DNA of 64,000 bases from Tubulanus polymorphus (GCF_964204645.1 NC_134031.1:310001-374000), one strand, 5' to 3'; shown: positions 1 through 13,585, counted from the first letter of the stretch. The notes: generated from the letters alone by a model not told the origin. Program-made: numbers and translations.

Positions 1-1136
1 AGCTCAGCTCGATAGGTCACGGGTTTGGTGTTTCTCAGCTCGATAGGTCACGGGTTTGGTGTTTCTCAGCTCGACAGACCCTTGGTTTGTGCTGCTGTTG
101 ATAATCTGTGTGATTATTTGATTAATACTGTAACACACCGGTCTAATTATACTCTGTTACATAATCATATAACACAATAATCAATGAATGATTTAAACTA
201 AATAAATCACCACAAACTAATATTTATTTTTAATCATTGACGGCAACGAATTTGATTGTTTGATTAATCGTCGCATTGTAACCGATCGTTTTAAATGTTT
301 ACCGCTAGGTGGCATAACTGAATGTTCAACATAAATAATGTGTAGTAGCAAAGGTTCATAGTGTTTATGAATTTCTGTTAGTAGGCGTGTGTTGTCAATA
401 AAGTTTTATTTTAATGTTTTAAAATGTTTTCATTTTCTATTTTTTCGGGATTGTAAATAATCTTTTGCCCTTCTGGTAATGGAGTAAATAAATCCAATAT
501 ATTCGATTCAAGTTTGATTACTTTGTCCCCCTGCCCCCTGAAGACACCCTCATCTCCCCCAAACCGCAATCACAGGCCCCTTGACATAAAGGACCCGGTT
601 CAACATTTCTCGGTTGGAATTCATCTCTTGGGGTTTCAAACATTGAAGATTAATTAATTGAATTATAGTGTCTCAAACTGATGATCTATGGATCTTCACA
701 CGTAAATCTGTGTGAAACAACAACTAAAAATACAAAATATGATATAAAGTCATAGATATAGAGTTTAGATGATAGAGACATGAATGAACTATGTGTCTAT
801 AATGTTCGTATTGATATAAGTCGTGTATGTTTGAACAGGTTTAGTGAATTTTGTCACATTTTCCTGTGAAGTGATCGATCCACTATTCTCTATTCATTCT
901 AATTGTCAGTAAGTTTTTGAAGCGTTTCTAAATGAGGCTTTTATTTTGATTTCATGTCGGTCTCTGTTTTCTGTTCGGAGTTTGTTTTAACAGTTGATAT
1001 TCATACAGTGATCTCTATCATTAACTGTACGAGTCAATACAGCCGCTAGTATCAAGTTACATATTCTCTCTCACTGTCTGTCTCGATACTGGGTGGTGAC
1101 GTCCCCAGGGATTCTACTGCTCCTATGCCGGGTGCA

Positions 1137-1256
1137 CAGCCAGCCAGCCAGTCAGCCAGTCAGCCAGGCAGTCAGCCAGTCAACCAGTCAGTCAATCAGT
1201 CAGCTAGCCAGCCAGCCAGCGAGCCAGCCAGTCAGCCAGCCAGCCAGCCAGTCAGT

Positions 1257-1287
<31 letters not shown>

Positions 1288-1361
1288 TCAGTCAGTCAGC
1301 CAGCCAGTCAGCCAGCCAGTCAGCCAGTCAGTCAGCGAGCCAGCCAGCCGGCCAGCCAGTC
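1137..1361. repeat. (CAGC/CAGT)n tetranucleotide microsatellite
   Basis: Direct reading; related tracts at ~4805-4920 and, reversed, ~37976-38150. Confidence 0.9.
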
Positions 1362-1491
1362 ACGCGATGCTCTGTATGATGAGCGGGTAGAAGTGATGCT
1401 GGATGCTGTGATCTAACGGATACATCAGTCATCCTTCGTTTCCTCCGATAGTTACTATTGTCACCGTCAGTGGTACAGCACGATATATTAA

Positions 1492-1666
1492 CCCTTCATC
1501 CTCGAAAACTAAAACACAATTCAAAAACCACTTTTAAATATTCACTTTGTTAACTCGAAAATATGACAAACCCGGTAAATTTCAGCGTCAAGTTTCTCGT
1601 ATTTTGCTGATTTGATTTTGCTGATTTGAGATGTTTAGATGAAGTCGTGTTGTAGACGTGAAAGGG
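1492..1666. mobile_element. piggyBac-like non-autonomous element
   Basis: TTAA|CCCTTCATCCTC ... GACGTGAAAGGG|TTAA: CCC/GGG termini and a TTAA duplication. Confidence 0.55.
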
Positions 1667-2156
1667 TTAATCTTGAAGACGCACGCGAACTGTTAACAGT
1701 GATTCATTTATTCAGTGATCAGATCTTTAATATAATCACGATTTCAATAAAATCATGCAGGTTTTCATTATAAATGGGCGTCAATATACAATCAGAGAAA
1801 TAGATTTTATACCCGGTTCTATCAATGCTTTGATTCTAGACTTGTCTTAGTTCTGTAGATTATCCATAACAAACTAACACTATGCTTTCTTTACTTCTAT
1901 AACTAATCTAAACACTTAAGATCAGTCTCGTCATTCTAAGCTTATTTCGGTTCTATATCTGATCTAACAAGGAGAAGTCTTTAGATTCAAGACCATTTCT
2001 GGACCGACTGTGTATCTGTGCCTCAGTTTGGGAACTTAGGTAACCTGCTAGTCTGTGGAACTGAGTGGACTCTGTGGATAATGATTACTACAAGATCTGA
2101 TACAAGAGTTTGATGAGATCTGTTTTATAAGAATCCGGCTCTGATTACTGATACAC

Positions 2157-2398
2157 GTGATACTGGGCGGGTGGTGTATCTGTGGTGTATCAGTAGTGAT
2201 ACTGGGCGGGTGGTGTATCAGTAGTGATACTGGGTGGACTGTGTGGTGTATCTGTGGTGTATCAGTAGTGATACTGGGCGGGTGGTGTATCTGCGGTGTA
2301 TCAGTAGTGATACTGGGCGGGTGGTGTATCAGTAGTGATACTGGGTGGACTGTGTGGTGTATCTGTGGTGTATCAGTAGTGATACTGGGCGGGTGGTG
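2157..2398. repeat. Compound ~27-45-bp minisatellite (GTATCAGTAGTGATACTGGGCGGGTGGT)
   Basis: About 6 copies; each contains the hairpin GTATCA-gtag-TGATAC. Confidence 0.85.
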
Positions 2399-2904
2399 AT
2401 GATTGTTGATCTAGATCTCGACGGAGTTTAGTAAATGCTGCTGATGCTGCTGCGAGCGCCGAGGATGTCGGATCCGTCACTGACATCTTATTTGTCATAC
2501 TCTTCAAACTAAGCTGTAAAATGGACCAAAGATTAGAGAAAACTTCAGGATACATTTAGATAATTATTAGTTTCACTAATATTCAACCCGTGATACCCAG
2601 ACATTCAGTTACGTATAAATTCACCTGAAAAATTCACCATAATCTGTTGTAGACTTTCAGACAGGGAGTTTACAAATAAACATCATTGAATTTTGAGCAT
2701 GTTTTCATTCTGTTTCTGTACAAAATGTCAGTTTATTTATTTGATTTATGAACTACCAGTAATTCATACAGAATTCATACAGAATTCAATGATCTGATCA
2801 ATTGATAAAGAGAATACACTATGAATATTGTAAAACTACCAAACTTGAACCAACTATTGATTCCCGCCCATTGTATCAAAGAAACTTGTGAATATATAGA
2901 GCCG

Positions 2905-3323
2905 GATCCAATTCCAAAGACCTCTCAGTTAAATTTGACTCATAAAGTTAAGATTAGTTCATTGTTTAACCATAGAGGGCAAATTCTGTGGAACTGGACC
3001 CGCAACTGTGGAACTGAATCTATGAATGTGGAACTGGTTTCAGAACTGTAGAACTGGATCCAGAATTGTGGAACTGGATCCAGAACTGTGGAACTGGGTC
3101 CTGAACAGTGGAACTGGATCCAGAACTGTGTTACTGGATCCAGAACTGTGTTACTGGATCCAGAACTGTGGAACTGGATCCAGAACTGTGGAACTGGGTC
3201 CTGAACTGTGGAACTGGGTCCTGAACTGTGGAACTGGATCCAGAACTGTGGAACTGGATCCTGAACTGTGGAACTGGATCCAGAACTGTGTTACTGGATC
3301 CAGAACTGTGGAACTGGATCCTG
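2905..3323. mobile_element. MITE of the same family with its right end expanded into a 20-bp minisatellite
   Basis: Left TIR GATCCAATTCCAAAGA at 2905; array (CWG-AACTGTGGAACTGGATC)x~16 at ~2986-3323. Confidence 0.65.
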
Positions 3324-3635
3324 GTGACACGATTGAAATTGTAAAACAATGAATAACTATAAGTTTGGCCTATAATGATTTGATACAGCTAGACGGTGGT
3401 TGCGGCGGCCGGTGTGTGTCGGGCTATAATGTACAGTTAGTTAGATATTCTGCAGTGTTATCTGCGATATGTTTGCTGTAATCTTCATTTCTGATGTTAC
3501 CACTATCCTGCAGTCATCTCTAAATGCAGCTACTTCACGTGAACTGATGCAGCTATGACAAAGATCGATGGATTGATCTTATACTGGAAACTCAGTAAAT
3601 AAACATAATTACAACCTCCATCACCGATACCGGCT

Positions 3636-3801
3636 TCTAACTGATAGAGAGAGAGAACCATCGTCCGGCTCTACCTGATAGAGAGAGAGAGAGAACCATC
3701 GTCCGGTTCTAACTGATAGAGAGAGAGAACCATCGTCCGGTTCTAACTGATAGAGAGAGAGAACCATCGTCCGGTTCTAACTGATAGAGAGAGAGAACCA
3801 T
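3636..3801. repeat. ~34-bp minisatellite with internal (AG)n
   Basis: TCTAACTGAT(AG)nAACCATCGTCCGG x5. Confidence 0.85.
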
Positions 3802-3836
3802 ATCGGTCGGTTCTTGGAGAACTGGATTCTATGTCA

Positions 3837-4246
3837 CTGGTCAGCCTGGGTTCTCACTCTGTACCGGTCAGCCTGGGTTCTCACTCTGTACCGGTCAGCC
3901 TGGGTTCTCACTCTGTACCGGTCAGCCTGGGTTCTCACTCTGTACCGGTCAGCCTGGGTTCTCACTCTGTACCGGTCAGCCTGGGTTCTCACTCTGTACC
4001 GGTCAGCCTGGGTTCTCACTCAGTACCGGTCAGCCTGGGTTCTCACTCTGTACCGGTCAGCCTGGGTTCTCACTCAGTACCGGTCAGCCTGGGTTCTCTC
4101 TCAGTACCGGTCAGCCTGGGTTCTCACTCAGTACCGGTCAGCCTGGGTTCTCACTCTGTACCGGTCAGCCTGGGTTCTCTCTCAGTACCGGTCAGCCTGG
4201 GTTCTCACTCTGTACCGGTCAGCCTTGGTTCTCACTCAGTACCGGT
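3837..4246. repeat. 27-bp minisatellite
   Basis: (CCGGTCAGCCTGGGTTCTCACTCWGTA)x~15. Confidence 0.95.
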
Positions 4247-5788
4247 GACGGGAATTTACTCGACGGGAATTTCCCCTCACAAAGAGAAATCTAACATAAA
4301 CTGCATAAATGAAGAAATAAAATCGATTTATGAGAGGAACAGTTTTGTTGTTGTTGTAATGGATTTAGACAGTACGATCAGCGCATTCACGACATGTCTA
4401 AACAGTAATCACTAGAGCACAGATTGAAAAGAGATTTTTGAAAAGTGATTGAAAATGCCAGCACATTTTGTTGGCTATTGTTATAAAATCTGATGGATTG
4501 CAGTTTGAGAGTGTGACAACAGACAGTGTATGACAATGTATGATATAGCGTAACTAAAGTGGAACAGGTGATGAAGAGGGTTACAGCAGACCAGACCGCC
4601 GCGTCTAGTTGAAGAGTAGAGGGCTGAATGTGACTGGTTACGCAGCTGACACCTCCCCCCTCTCTCTCTCTCTCTCTCTCTTTCTCCTCTTACTACTCTC
4701 TTCTCCCCCCTCTCTCTCTCTGTTATCACTCGTGTACTATGACCAGAACTATGTTGTCGCTTTGATATCTGAAGGCACTAAACTTTCTGTTCTTTTACTA
4801 ACAGCCCAACCAACCAATCAGTCGACCAGCAATCCGCCCGCCCGCCCAGCCAGCCAGTTAACCAGCAATCCGCCCGCCCGCCCAGCCAGCCAGTCAATCA
4901 GCAGCCCGCACGCTCAGCCAGCCCGGGACGTATGTCCTAGATCTGTGTTAATGATATTGAACAATACTTTCAATTCTCGTAAAAATGTTTCCGATAACTG
5001 ATACAATATACGGACAGAGAGCTAATAAAGGCGACAATTCATGAATCCCGCACTTGTTAAAACAACATCAAACTAAAAACAAACCTGAATCAATGATTTA
5101 GAAATGAATATCTATTTTGAACAATAAATAAACCTGAATCAGGTCTGAATTTAGAAATTCTGAAATAAATTCCTAGAATTCGTGTCGCAGATGTGACGAT
5201 AGTTGACGACTTTATCCAAATGAAGATGTCGTTCACAAGATTGAATCAGAATTCAGTAATATTGATGTAATGTTTAATATTTGATTGAAAGTTTATAAGG
5301 GGTCGTGTTTTACTGTGATAGATACTGCTTACAATGTAATTTGTCATTTGCGACTGCGGTGAGGTGAGGGGGGAGGGGGAGTTGACGAGATGCGGTAGAA
5401 TCGGGATGACAGAAAGGACAGTTATAAAAATTACTGCGGTGGGGGGAGGAGGGAGGGAGATTGAGGGGGGTTAAAATCATCTATCTTCGTCAGAATTGAG
5501 AGGTATAAAGTGAGGGAGAGAGATATGGGGGGGGGGGGTTTAATTTGTACTGATAAAGCATTGATATGACAGAGTTAGGATAGACTCAATGACAGTCAAC
5601 ATTGTCCGCGATGTCATCAAACACATCTTCATGTCATAGATCATTCCCTAGAGACACGCGGCAACCAGTCTCTCGAGAGCGGCAACCAGTCTCATTAATG
5701 TCATCAGGCGCGATTCAGGTGCACAATCGATGTGTCAAAGAGGAGCGAGAGAGAGAAAGAAGAGGGAGACGGAGGCAGAGAGAGAGAA

Positions 5789-5823
<35 letters not shown>

Positions 5824-6771
5824 CAGAGACAGAGAGAACGGATATGTAGAGAGAGAGAGAGAGAACAGTTGTCTTCAGCGTAAGCACCGGATACAACTGA
5901 TACCTTAATAACAGCGTCCGAACTAATCCTTAAATACGTGAGTCGAAATTTAAACCACTTACTCGCCTGCCAGGGGACGACTTTAACAAATAAATATGGG
6001 TCGAAATGTCATCGAAATATCCACTTGATATCCGTGACAATAACAGAATATGATGAATATCTTATTCAAACAATACCAAATCAGAATGTGATCGTTTCAT
6101 ATAGTATCAACAAAACACAGGGGTCCCCTCTCCATCTCTCTCCTTTCTTTCATCATCTCTTTCCTCTTTTTCCTCTTTCCTCTCATTATTTACCGTAGGT
6201 TTCGCTCGAACCCATCACAATCCACGTATCATGACAGCAACGACCAATTATAATAAACTATCCTGTGTATTATGAGACGGCGGGTGAGAGCCGCCGCAGC
6301 GCCGCTCTACAGATCATTGTCTCTAACTGACTACGGTTGTCGCCGATAGCTGCTCATTTTCTCACCTCTCCCAGAGTGTCATACCGATTCGTGTTCCAGT
6401 AAACTTCCTGTTAAAGGAAGTTTAACATTGGTCTAAACTCAGTTGGGAATCTTATCGACAGAATGAAAGTTGTTTTAGCGAATAGTAGGGTTGTTCCTGA
6501 GCGTGTTGGTCATTTAGATGTTTTACACCCCTTAATAATGATTCTTAATCACCTGATCAAACATCAAAACGTTGTGGACATGAGACATGAGACATGAGAC
6601 ATGAGACATGAGACATGAGACATGAATTCTACGTTCTTGGTTTACTGTGATAAGGTGAAGAGAATGCAGTGTCCATAGTTTCCCCTGAAGTTTCTAAAAA
6701 AATCATTTCATTCAAAATAGAATGGACCCCAATAGTTTGAGTATCAGAATTGGCTCGGAGTTCTGAACCGT

Positions 6772-7032
6772 CCAAGTTCCACAGTTCAGGACCCTGCACT
6801 TCTACAGTGGAACTAAATTCTGAACTGTGAAACTGAGTCTAGAATTGCTGAACTGGGTTCAGAACTGTGGAACTGAGTCCACATTTGTGGAACTGAGTTC
6901 AGAACTGTGGAACTGGATCCTGAACTGTAGAACTGGATCCAGAACTGTGGAACTGGATCATGAAATGTGGAACTAGATCCAGAACTGTGGAATTGGATCT
7001 TGAAATGTGGAACTGAGTCCAAATTTGTGGAA
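6772..7032. repeat. Degenerate 20-bp TIR-derived array (CWGAACTGTGGAACTGGATC)
   Basis: Same unit as 2986-3323, preceded by an inverted AGTTCCACAGTT. Confidence 0.75.
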
Positions 7033-8225
7033 GTGGGTATTGAAATTCTGTAAGCATCAAAGCTTTGATGTTCAATTTCATACATAAATTATTAACATTA
7101 AATCTTTGTGAAGTTTTTTCTTATCGAGAAACAGAAATTCGATCCTGCGGTAATTAACATACAACAGAGGAGTCGGATGTGAGATTTTATTGAAGACTTT
7201 AATTTAGATGTTCAGGTGTCGTTTCATAATCCTATAACAAGTGATACTTGACCAACATTTCAAAAAGCGACATTTCAAAAGATAAAATCGAATTGTAGTT
7301 TCTGGTTAATTGCGCGCGCTCGCGATTCAGTCAGTCGTCAGTCGGATGTGTCTCCACCTGACATCGAAACCATTGTTATAAACCCGATTCCTGTTCGTCT
7401 TGTAAAACCGATGTCGAAGTTTCCACGTCAAAACGCGTCGAGTAGGAAATAAGAATTAAACCGTTTTAATGCGTTGTCAATTTTATCGCATCATCACTGA
7501 AAATTTATGTTCAATAATCTTTATACAGAAGTGTTTTAATGTTTTATAATAATGTCACTCTCTATTCTCAACACCGCGTGGCGTGAAAAATAAAGTCAAT
7601 ATTTCATCTACTTTTTTAAAGAAAGCATCTACTTGTATTTTGTGTATTCATAAATAATGTGTATGTTTTTACGCCTTAAGCTTCAGAAATTCAATATATC
7701 ACGTTAAAACGTGTAAACATTACGGTTTCATAAGAGTTCGAATAAAAAGTCATTCCTGTATCAATTTCTTTTCATTCGGTGAAAAAGTCTTTTTTTAGAT
7801 ATCACCCTCAAAACCGAATCAAAAGAATCCCGCTAGGCTGATTCTTCAACACCGCCACAAACGCTGCGAGCTATTGCAATAGATATAAATGTAGTGACAT
7901 TTGGCAAGTTATTAAAGTCGAAGCAGAAGCCATTTAGATAAGAACAGATTGTAATTTAAGTAGTATCTAGTCAATAGTTATGGATAACTCATGCTCGCGT
8001 GCCAGTGCCACGCAGTGCAGTGATACCGGGGTGACATTGGTTTATGTAGTCAGTTACATAACATCAGTGAGAATATTTATCTGATTCATCTAAAAAATCA
8101 GTAAATCTGGGATTTCTATGTTGTTTGACTCGTGAAAGTGTTGATATCTTTGTAAGGATATTTATAAAAGTTATGTATAAATCGGTATAAAATTCGATGC
8201 AGTTTTCATCAAATATTATTTGACC

Positions 8226-8586
8226 AAAAACAATAAAACCCTAACTCGTGGTAACCCTAACCCTAGGTCGGCGATAACCCTAACCCTAGCTGACCGTAAC
8301 CCTAACCCTAGCAGGACTCGAACCTGCGACCTCATGCATGACAGCCGAGCATTCTAATCACTAGACCATAGATCTGTGGTGATTGACAGAGTTGGTAGGT
8401 TTGCCTGGTCAGTGTGGGTGACCTGGTGACCAGTCAGGTGTGGTGACTGGTGACCAGTCAGGTGTGGTGACTAGGGACCAGTCAGGTGTGGTGACTGGTG
8501 ACCAGTCAGGTGTGGTGACTGGTGACCAGTCAGGTGTGGTGACTGGTGACCAGTCAGGTGTGGTGACTGGTGACCAGTCAGGTGTG
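8226..8586 (-). mobile_element. tRNA-derived SINE-like element with telomeric (TTAGGG) modules, copy 1
   Basis: Minus strand: A box TGGTCTAGTGATT, tRNA-Gly/Asp/Glu-like body, perfect T-arm GCAGG-TTCGAGT-CCTGC (8311-8327), then TAGGGTTAGGGTTA units with 7-8 nt spacers, then TTTTT (8226-8230). A 24-bp array (GGTGACCAGTCAGGTGTGGTGACT)x~6.5 lies at ~8425-8586. Colinear with the copy at 62 kb. Confidence 0.75.
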
Positions 8587-10967
8587 TGGTCATTAGAATG
8601 ACTGGCATTAATCCTAATCCTTCTCTAATTATAAAAGATGTAAGGATGAATGGTCCGTACTGAATGATGAGGGATCAGATCCATACGCAAACAGATTTGT
8701 ATCAAATAAATACGTGTAGAAAACAACAAAACTGAACTTGATTTCAACAAGTGAAACTTTGATAGAAATGTTTCAGAAGTTTGAGAGTTAGAGTTGATAA
8801 AGTTTGAGAGTTTGAGATACTGGTATTGATAGTGTTCGGCGTCTATGAGATGAATTCTTATTGATAATATCATTATTTCTGATATCTCACAAGCGAGAGA
8901 GGAAACTTTCAACGCACTTGAGCACGAAAAATCTCGTAGAGGTTTTCATCTTCAAAGTAATCACCTCTCAAAAAAAAACTCAGCACCACTTTAGTCTGTG
9001 TGACTGACAGATAGAGGTGTAATGCTGAATTCACTGTCAAGTATCTGTGCACTGTTCACTTACCGGCGCACCAGCAGCAGCAGCAGCAGCAGATACTGAT
9101 CCATACTGAATGTTTGTGATAAAGCGTTTTTACTGAGAAAAGGGAGAGTAGTGAGAAAAGACAAGAGGGAGGAGAGGGAGAAGGAGGGAGGAGAGAGGAG
9201 AGAGGAGAGGGAGAGAGGAGATAGAGAATGAGGGAGGAGAGATGAGAGAGGGGAGAGAGAAGGAGGGAGAGGAGAGAAGAGAAAGGAGAGGGGAGATAAG
9301 AGGGAGAGATATAGAGGGAGAGAGAGAGAGGAGGGAGGGAAGAGGAAAGGAGCGGAGAGAGGACTGAGCGAGGAGGGAGGAGAGAGAGAGAATGATTAGA
9401 TCAGTATAAAAGTGGCCTGCTGTAAGATACGTGATGATACAGCCGATGGAGTAAGTGAGAGCCCAGTAAGAGGGTAAGAGGGTTGAGGGGAGACTAGCGC
9501 GAGTTGTTGTAAAGTACCCATCTGGTTAACAATCTGTCATGCTCTTTACTGATACTCTCACTCTCTACACGTGGTTCACCTCTAATTGCTATTCTTCTTT
9601 ACCCAATATAACATGTCTCTCTCCTCTCTCCTCTCTCCTCTCTCCTCTCTCCTCTCTCCTCTCTCCTCTCTCCTCTCTCCTCTCTCCTCTCTCCTCTCTC
9701 CTCTCTCCTCTCTCTCTCTCTCTCTGCTCTCTCTCTCTTCTCTCCGTCACTTCAACTTACATTTCTATCGGTAACTGTTCACTTTTTCAACATCCGATGT
9801 GAAATTATTGTCTGAAAAAATTGACTGTTATTTTTATAAATCATGGATGATATCTGAAACTTTTTTCAATTTCAGTACTATATTCTCCTCTATCTGACTG
9901 TATGGTCGCTCTCTCAGAGGCTACAGCTGCGTCACGGTTTTATCCCGGGACAGTCTCTATCTGACTGGTCGCTCTCTGCAGTGATATCTTCCTGTAAGAG
10001 ATTCTGAGATGATGTTTGTAACAGTCAGTGTTCAGTGTTCAGTGAATGTAATTATATAAATCCGGATCTAAGTGTTTAGTGTAAATACGGGTAAAGACCG
10101 CAGGTGGTAGTGACATCTTGATTTATTAATATCAAACCCTATTTCTGACCACCACCTCCTCACCTTCATAACAGATATCAAACAGACTCTTCCATCCTCT
10201 CTCTCCTCTTTCCCCCTCTCTCTCCTCTTTATCGCCCACCACTCTCTGTCACTAGTCTCGTAGAGAATTGATTTCAACCAATCATTAACAGCTGATATAA
10301 AAATCAGTGTCTAATCTTCCTGTGTTTAATCAGTTGAGAATATAAACTCTGATATTAGTGATACTTGTGACTCGGGCGCCGGCGCAGCAGCCCCCTCCCC
10401 CTCCCCTCCTGCCCGCTGAATACATTAACAAACATTCACTTTTATATCAAAAATATATTTTCAATCTATATTTGAAACACTATACATGGATACATGTAGT
10501 ATATGTGTGTGTTGTGTTATAGATCTGGTCAAACAGAGATATATTTGCTGTTATTTAATTTTTTCTATAACAATCAAAACTTTGAATATTTTAGTTAATT
10601 CCTTGTTAGAGAGATTTAGAAATCCAATCACCCCTGCACCACCGGCCCCACTCACCCTGCAACCCCCACCCCCTGACGCCTTGTTAACTCGCAATTAGTA
10701 ATACATTCAGATACTCGAAACTGGTGACAATATAATCAATGTAAAACTGACGCAGCGCGGCGCAGTTTTTTAATTGATGATATTTGACGAATTTCAAAGA
10801 AAAATATTCTATAAATTCTATCGAAACAAAGAACGTTAAAATCGATGTTAAACATGTGTTATTCTATTGAAGTAGTTTCGGTACAGATGATATGTATGGA
10901 TTACATATCTTATCTTACACCCTGAAAACTACTTAAAACCTCTGATATCGGCAGCTCTTCACATTAC

Positions 10968-11073
10968 ACACTGTGATCACATTCTCGCACCGCGCACTGT
11001 GATCACATTCTCGCACCGCGCACTGTGATCACATTCTCGCACCGCGCACTGCGATCACATTCTCGCACCGCGC
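10968..11073. repeat. 26-bp minisatellite
   Basis: (CACTGTGATCACATTCTCGCACCGCG)x4. Confidence 0.9.
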
Positions 11074-12516
11074 ATATGTTCACTGATTTTTTTTTCTATC
11101 ATTGATATTTTCACGAATTCTGGTCAAGCGCAAGTAGGGTGATAATAAAAGCCCGTGACCGTGGTTACTGCTGCGGGTCTAAACCACAGCCGCGCAGTTA
11201 ACAGGGTTTTACACACAGATAATTGTTAAGTCGTCATTATCGGTGAACTGTGATTACTATTCTGGAGATGTGCTAGTCTAACCACTGGTCTGTGTTTTAC
11301 GGTCACGACAAATGTCACTTTATACGATTATAAATCAACAATTATTGACGCAGAGATTCTTTACTTATCCGGTAAGTTTCCCTAGTCTTATCACTGATTG
11401 GTCGGTGGTAAGCTGTCCGGGATTATTTGGAATCGTTACATCCGAAAACAATTGCCGTTTGTTGATGACACGTGCGGAAAATAAACGAAAACTCATCCAA
11501 CCTGAAATAGTCTCCACAGTCTGAAATGGTCGCGCGCGTCGAGTTTTTATCACTGAATTAATGTCATACATGATGAGATTTACATGGACTGTTTGCACCC
11601 GCTTAAATCACACTTTCTGGTCAGTATGTTGGTCAGTTTCTGAACAGTGGTCAGTCTGTTCGTCATTTTCTGGTCATTGGTCAGTCTATTGGTCAGTATG
11701 ACCACTGGACAGTCAGTTGGTCAGTTTGGGGCCACCGGGCACTCAGTTGACCAGTTTGTGTGGACTGGACACTTTTTTTCTGTGGACTGGTCAGTCTGAT
11801 CATGTTTTAGAGTCCATGGTCTGATAGTAAGTCTTTAACCAGTGGAAACACGGTTGGTCATTTCGGTGGAACTATTTGACCACTCCCACGACACACAGCT
11901 GGTGACAATAAGCTACTCTGCTGTCCGGCGGTATAGTATGAGATGTAGGTGACATCACGTGTCGTAGGTTTCACGTTATTGTCGTTGATTGCTCAGCAAT
12001 TTCAGGCCATTAATGGTTAATGCATCGTGCGATATTACCACTGATAATAGGATGACATCGTGTGAAAGACTCATCTCTGTGAGAATCAGGGACAAGATGA
12101 TCGTTCTCAGGGGAAATTAGTGACTTCTTCATCGCTGCTGATACCTGTAATCTGTGAGAAATACTTCCGTAGTCGCAGTCTCACAGTCTCTCTCAGTCAG
12201 TCACAGTCTCCTCTCTCCCTGTCTCTCTGTCTCTCTATTGTAATGTATAGAGGTGTGTCTCTCTCGATTCTTCGTGACACATGTGAGAAATTTATAATGA
12301 ACAGATAAAACCATAAAACAACATGACAGAGAATGAGAGATCGCCGGAGCCTTTGTGTGTGGTGTGTGTTAGTAGAGGTTATTATAAAACTGAGTCATCC
12401 GCGCGCGCATTCTAATCATCGAGTTCACCTGAAACTGATACTACTGTCTTAACAGTCTACATAGATACAGTTCAGGACCACGCTTAAACCATACCGAGCA
12501 GTCTTAGATACCAGCT

Positions 12517-12672
12517 CTGGACAAACCACCGAGCCCAGTGTGGAGCCAGGCTCAGGACTGGACAAACCACCGAGCCCAGTGTGAAGCCAGGCCCAGGACT
12601 GGACAAACTACCGAGCCCAGTGTGAAGCCAGGCCCAGGACTGGACAAACCACCGAGCCCAGTGTGAAACCAG
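12517..12672. repeat. 41-bp minisatellite
   Basis: (CTGGACAAACCACCGAGCCCAGTGTGAAGCCAGGCCCAGGA)x~4. Confidence 0.9.
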
Positions 12673-13387
12673 GCAGCCCTGTCACAAACTTAAAAATTGT
12701 TAAGTTAAGAAATAGTATAAAGGATATTGAAAGAAAGGAGAGGAGAGAGAGAGGAGAGGGGACAGAGGAGAGGAGAGAGAGAGGAGAGGGGACAGAGGAG
12801 AGGAGAGAGAGAGGAGAGGGGACAGAGGAGAGGAGAGAGGAGAGAGAGGAGAGGGGGGGGGGAGAGAGAGAGAGGGGGGAGAGAGGGGAGAGGGGAGAGA
12901 GAGAGAGGAGAAAGAGAGAGGAATTGTTAAATGATTAATTGTTAATAAGCTCAGTTGGTTTAATCGTAATTGTGTATTCGTGGATCCGCGCTCTATGGAG
13001 AAGTGGCTGCTGTAATCTAATAAAACTCATCTCATCCAGTCATTAATATTGAATAGAATGAACGACCCCACGGGTGCTGTGGGGCAGCACAGGGCGGACT
13101 GGGGCACATGTCATCTCACCCAGATACACGCTCTTATTGTCTATATCAAGGGAAATCAGTATCGAGTGAAAATTACCAGATTTCATGATATAAGATGACG
13201 GTGAATACAGTGAGTAATTAGAATCAAGTGTTCACCGAGCAAGAATTAATCTGTGTTCAGTGATGATCAGTGATGGGTTTGTCTCTCAGGTATAATTACA
13301 CCTATACCTCCATACATCACATAATACAGCAGTGAAACACTGAAATATTCAACATCTTCACTATACAACCTATTTACAATATAGTTT

Positions 13388-13585
13388 CACAGTTGTGTGG
13401 GTTTAATTCCACCCTGGACCCAGTTCCACAGTTGTGCGGGTTTAGTTGACTGTAGATCCAGTTCCACACTTTTGCGGGTTTGATTTGACAGTGGATCCAG
13501 TTCCACAGTTGTGTGGGTTTGTTTGTTCCACAGTTGTGTGGGTTTGTTTGGACTCAGTTCCACAATGTTGTTGGTTTGATTTGAC
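13388..13585. repeat. ~40-bp tandem repeat of the MITE left end (GATCCAGTTCCACAGTTGTGYGGGTTT)
   Basis: About 5 copies of the TIR plus adjacent sequence. Confidence 0.65.

Noticed and set aside
3814-4415. Repetitive ORFs (also 13699-14336, 53122-53749, 58642-59071, 60412-60792)
   Set aside because: Open only because the minisatellite units lack stop codons.
8305-8380. Functional tRNA gene (also 62035-62110)
   Set aside because: No acceptor stem (3' side replaced by TAGGGTT), poorly paired anticodon stem, and the anticodon differs between copies (GTC vs GGC).
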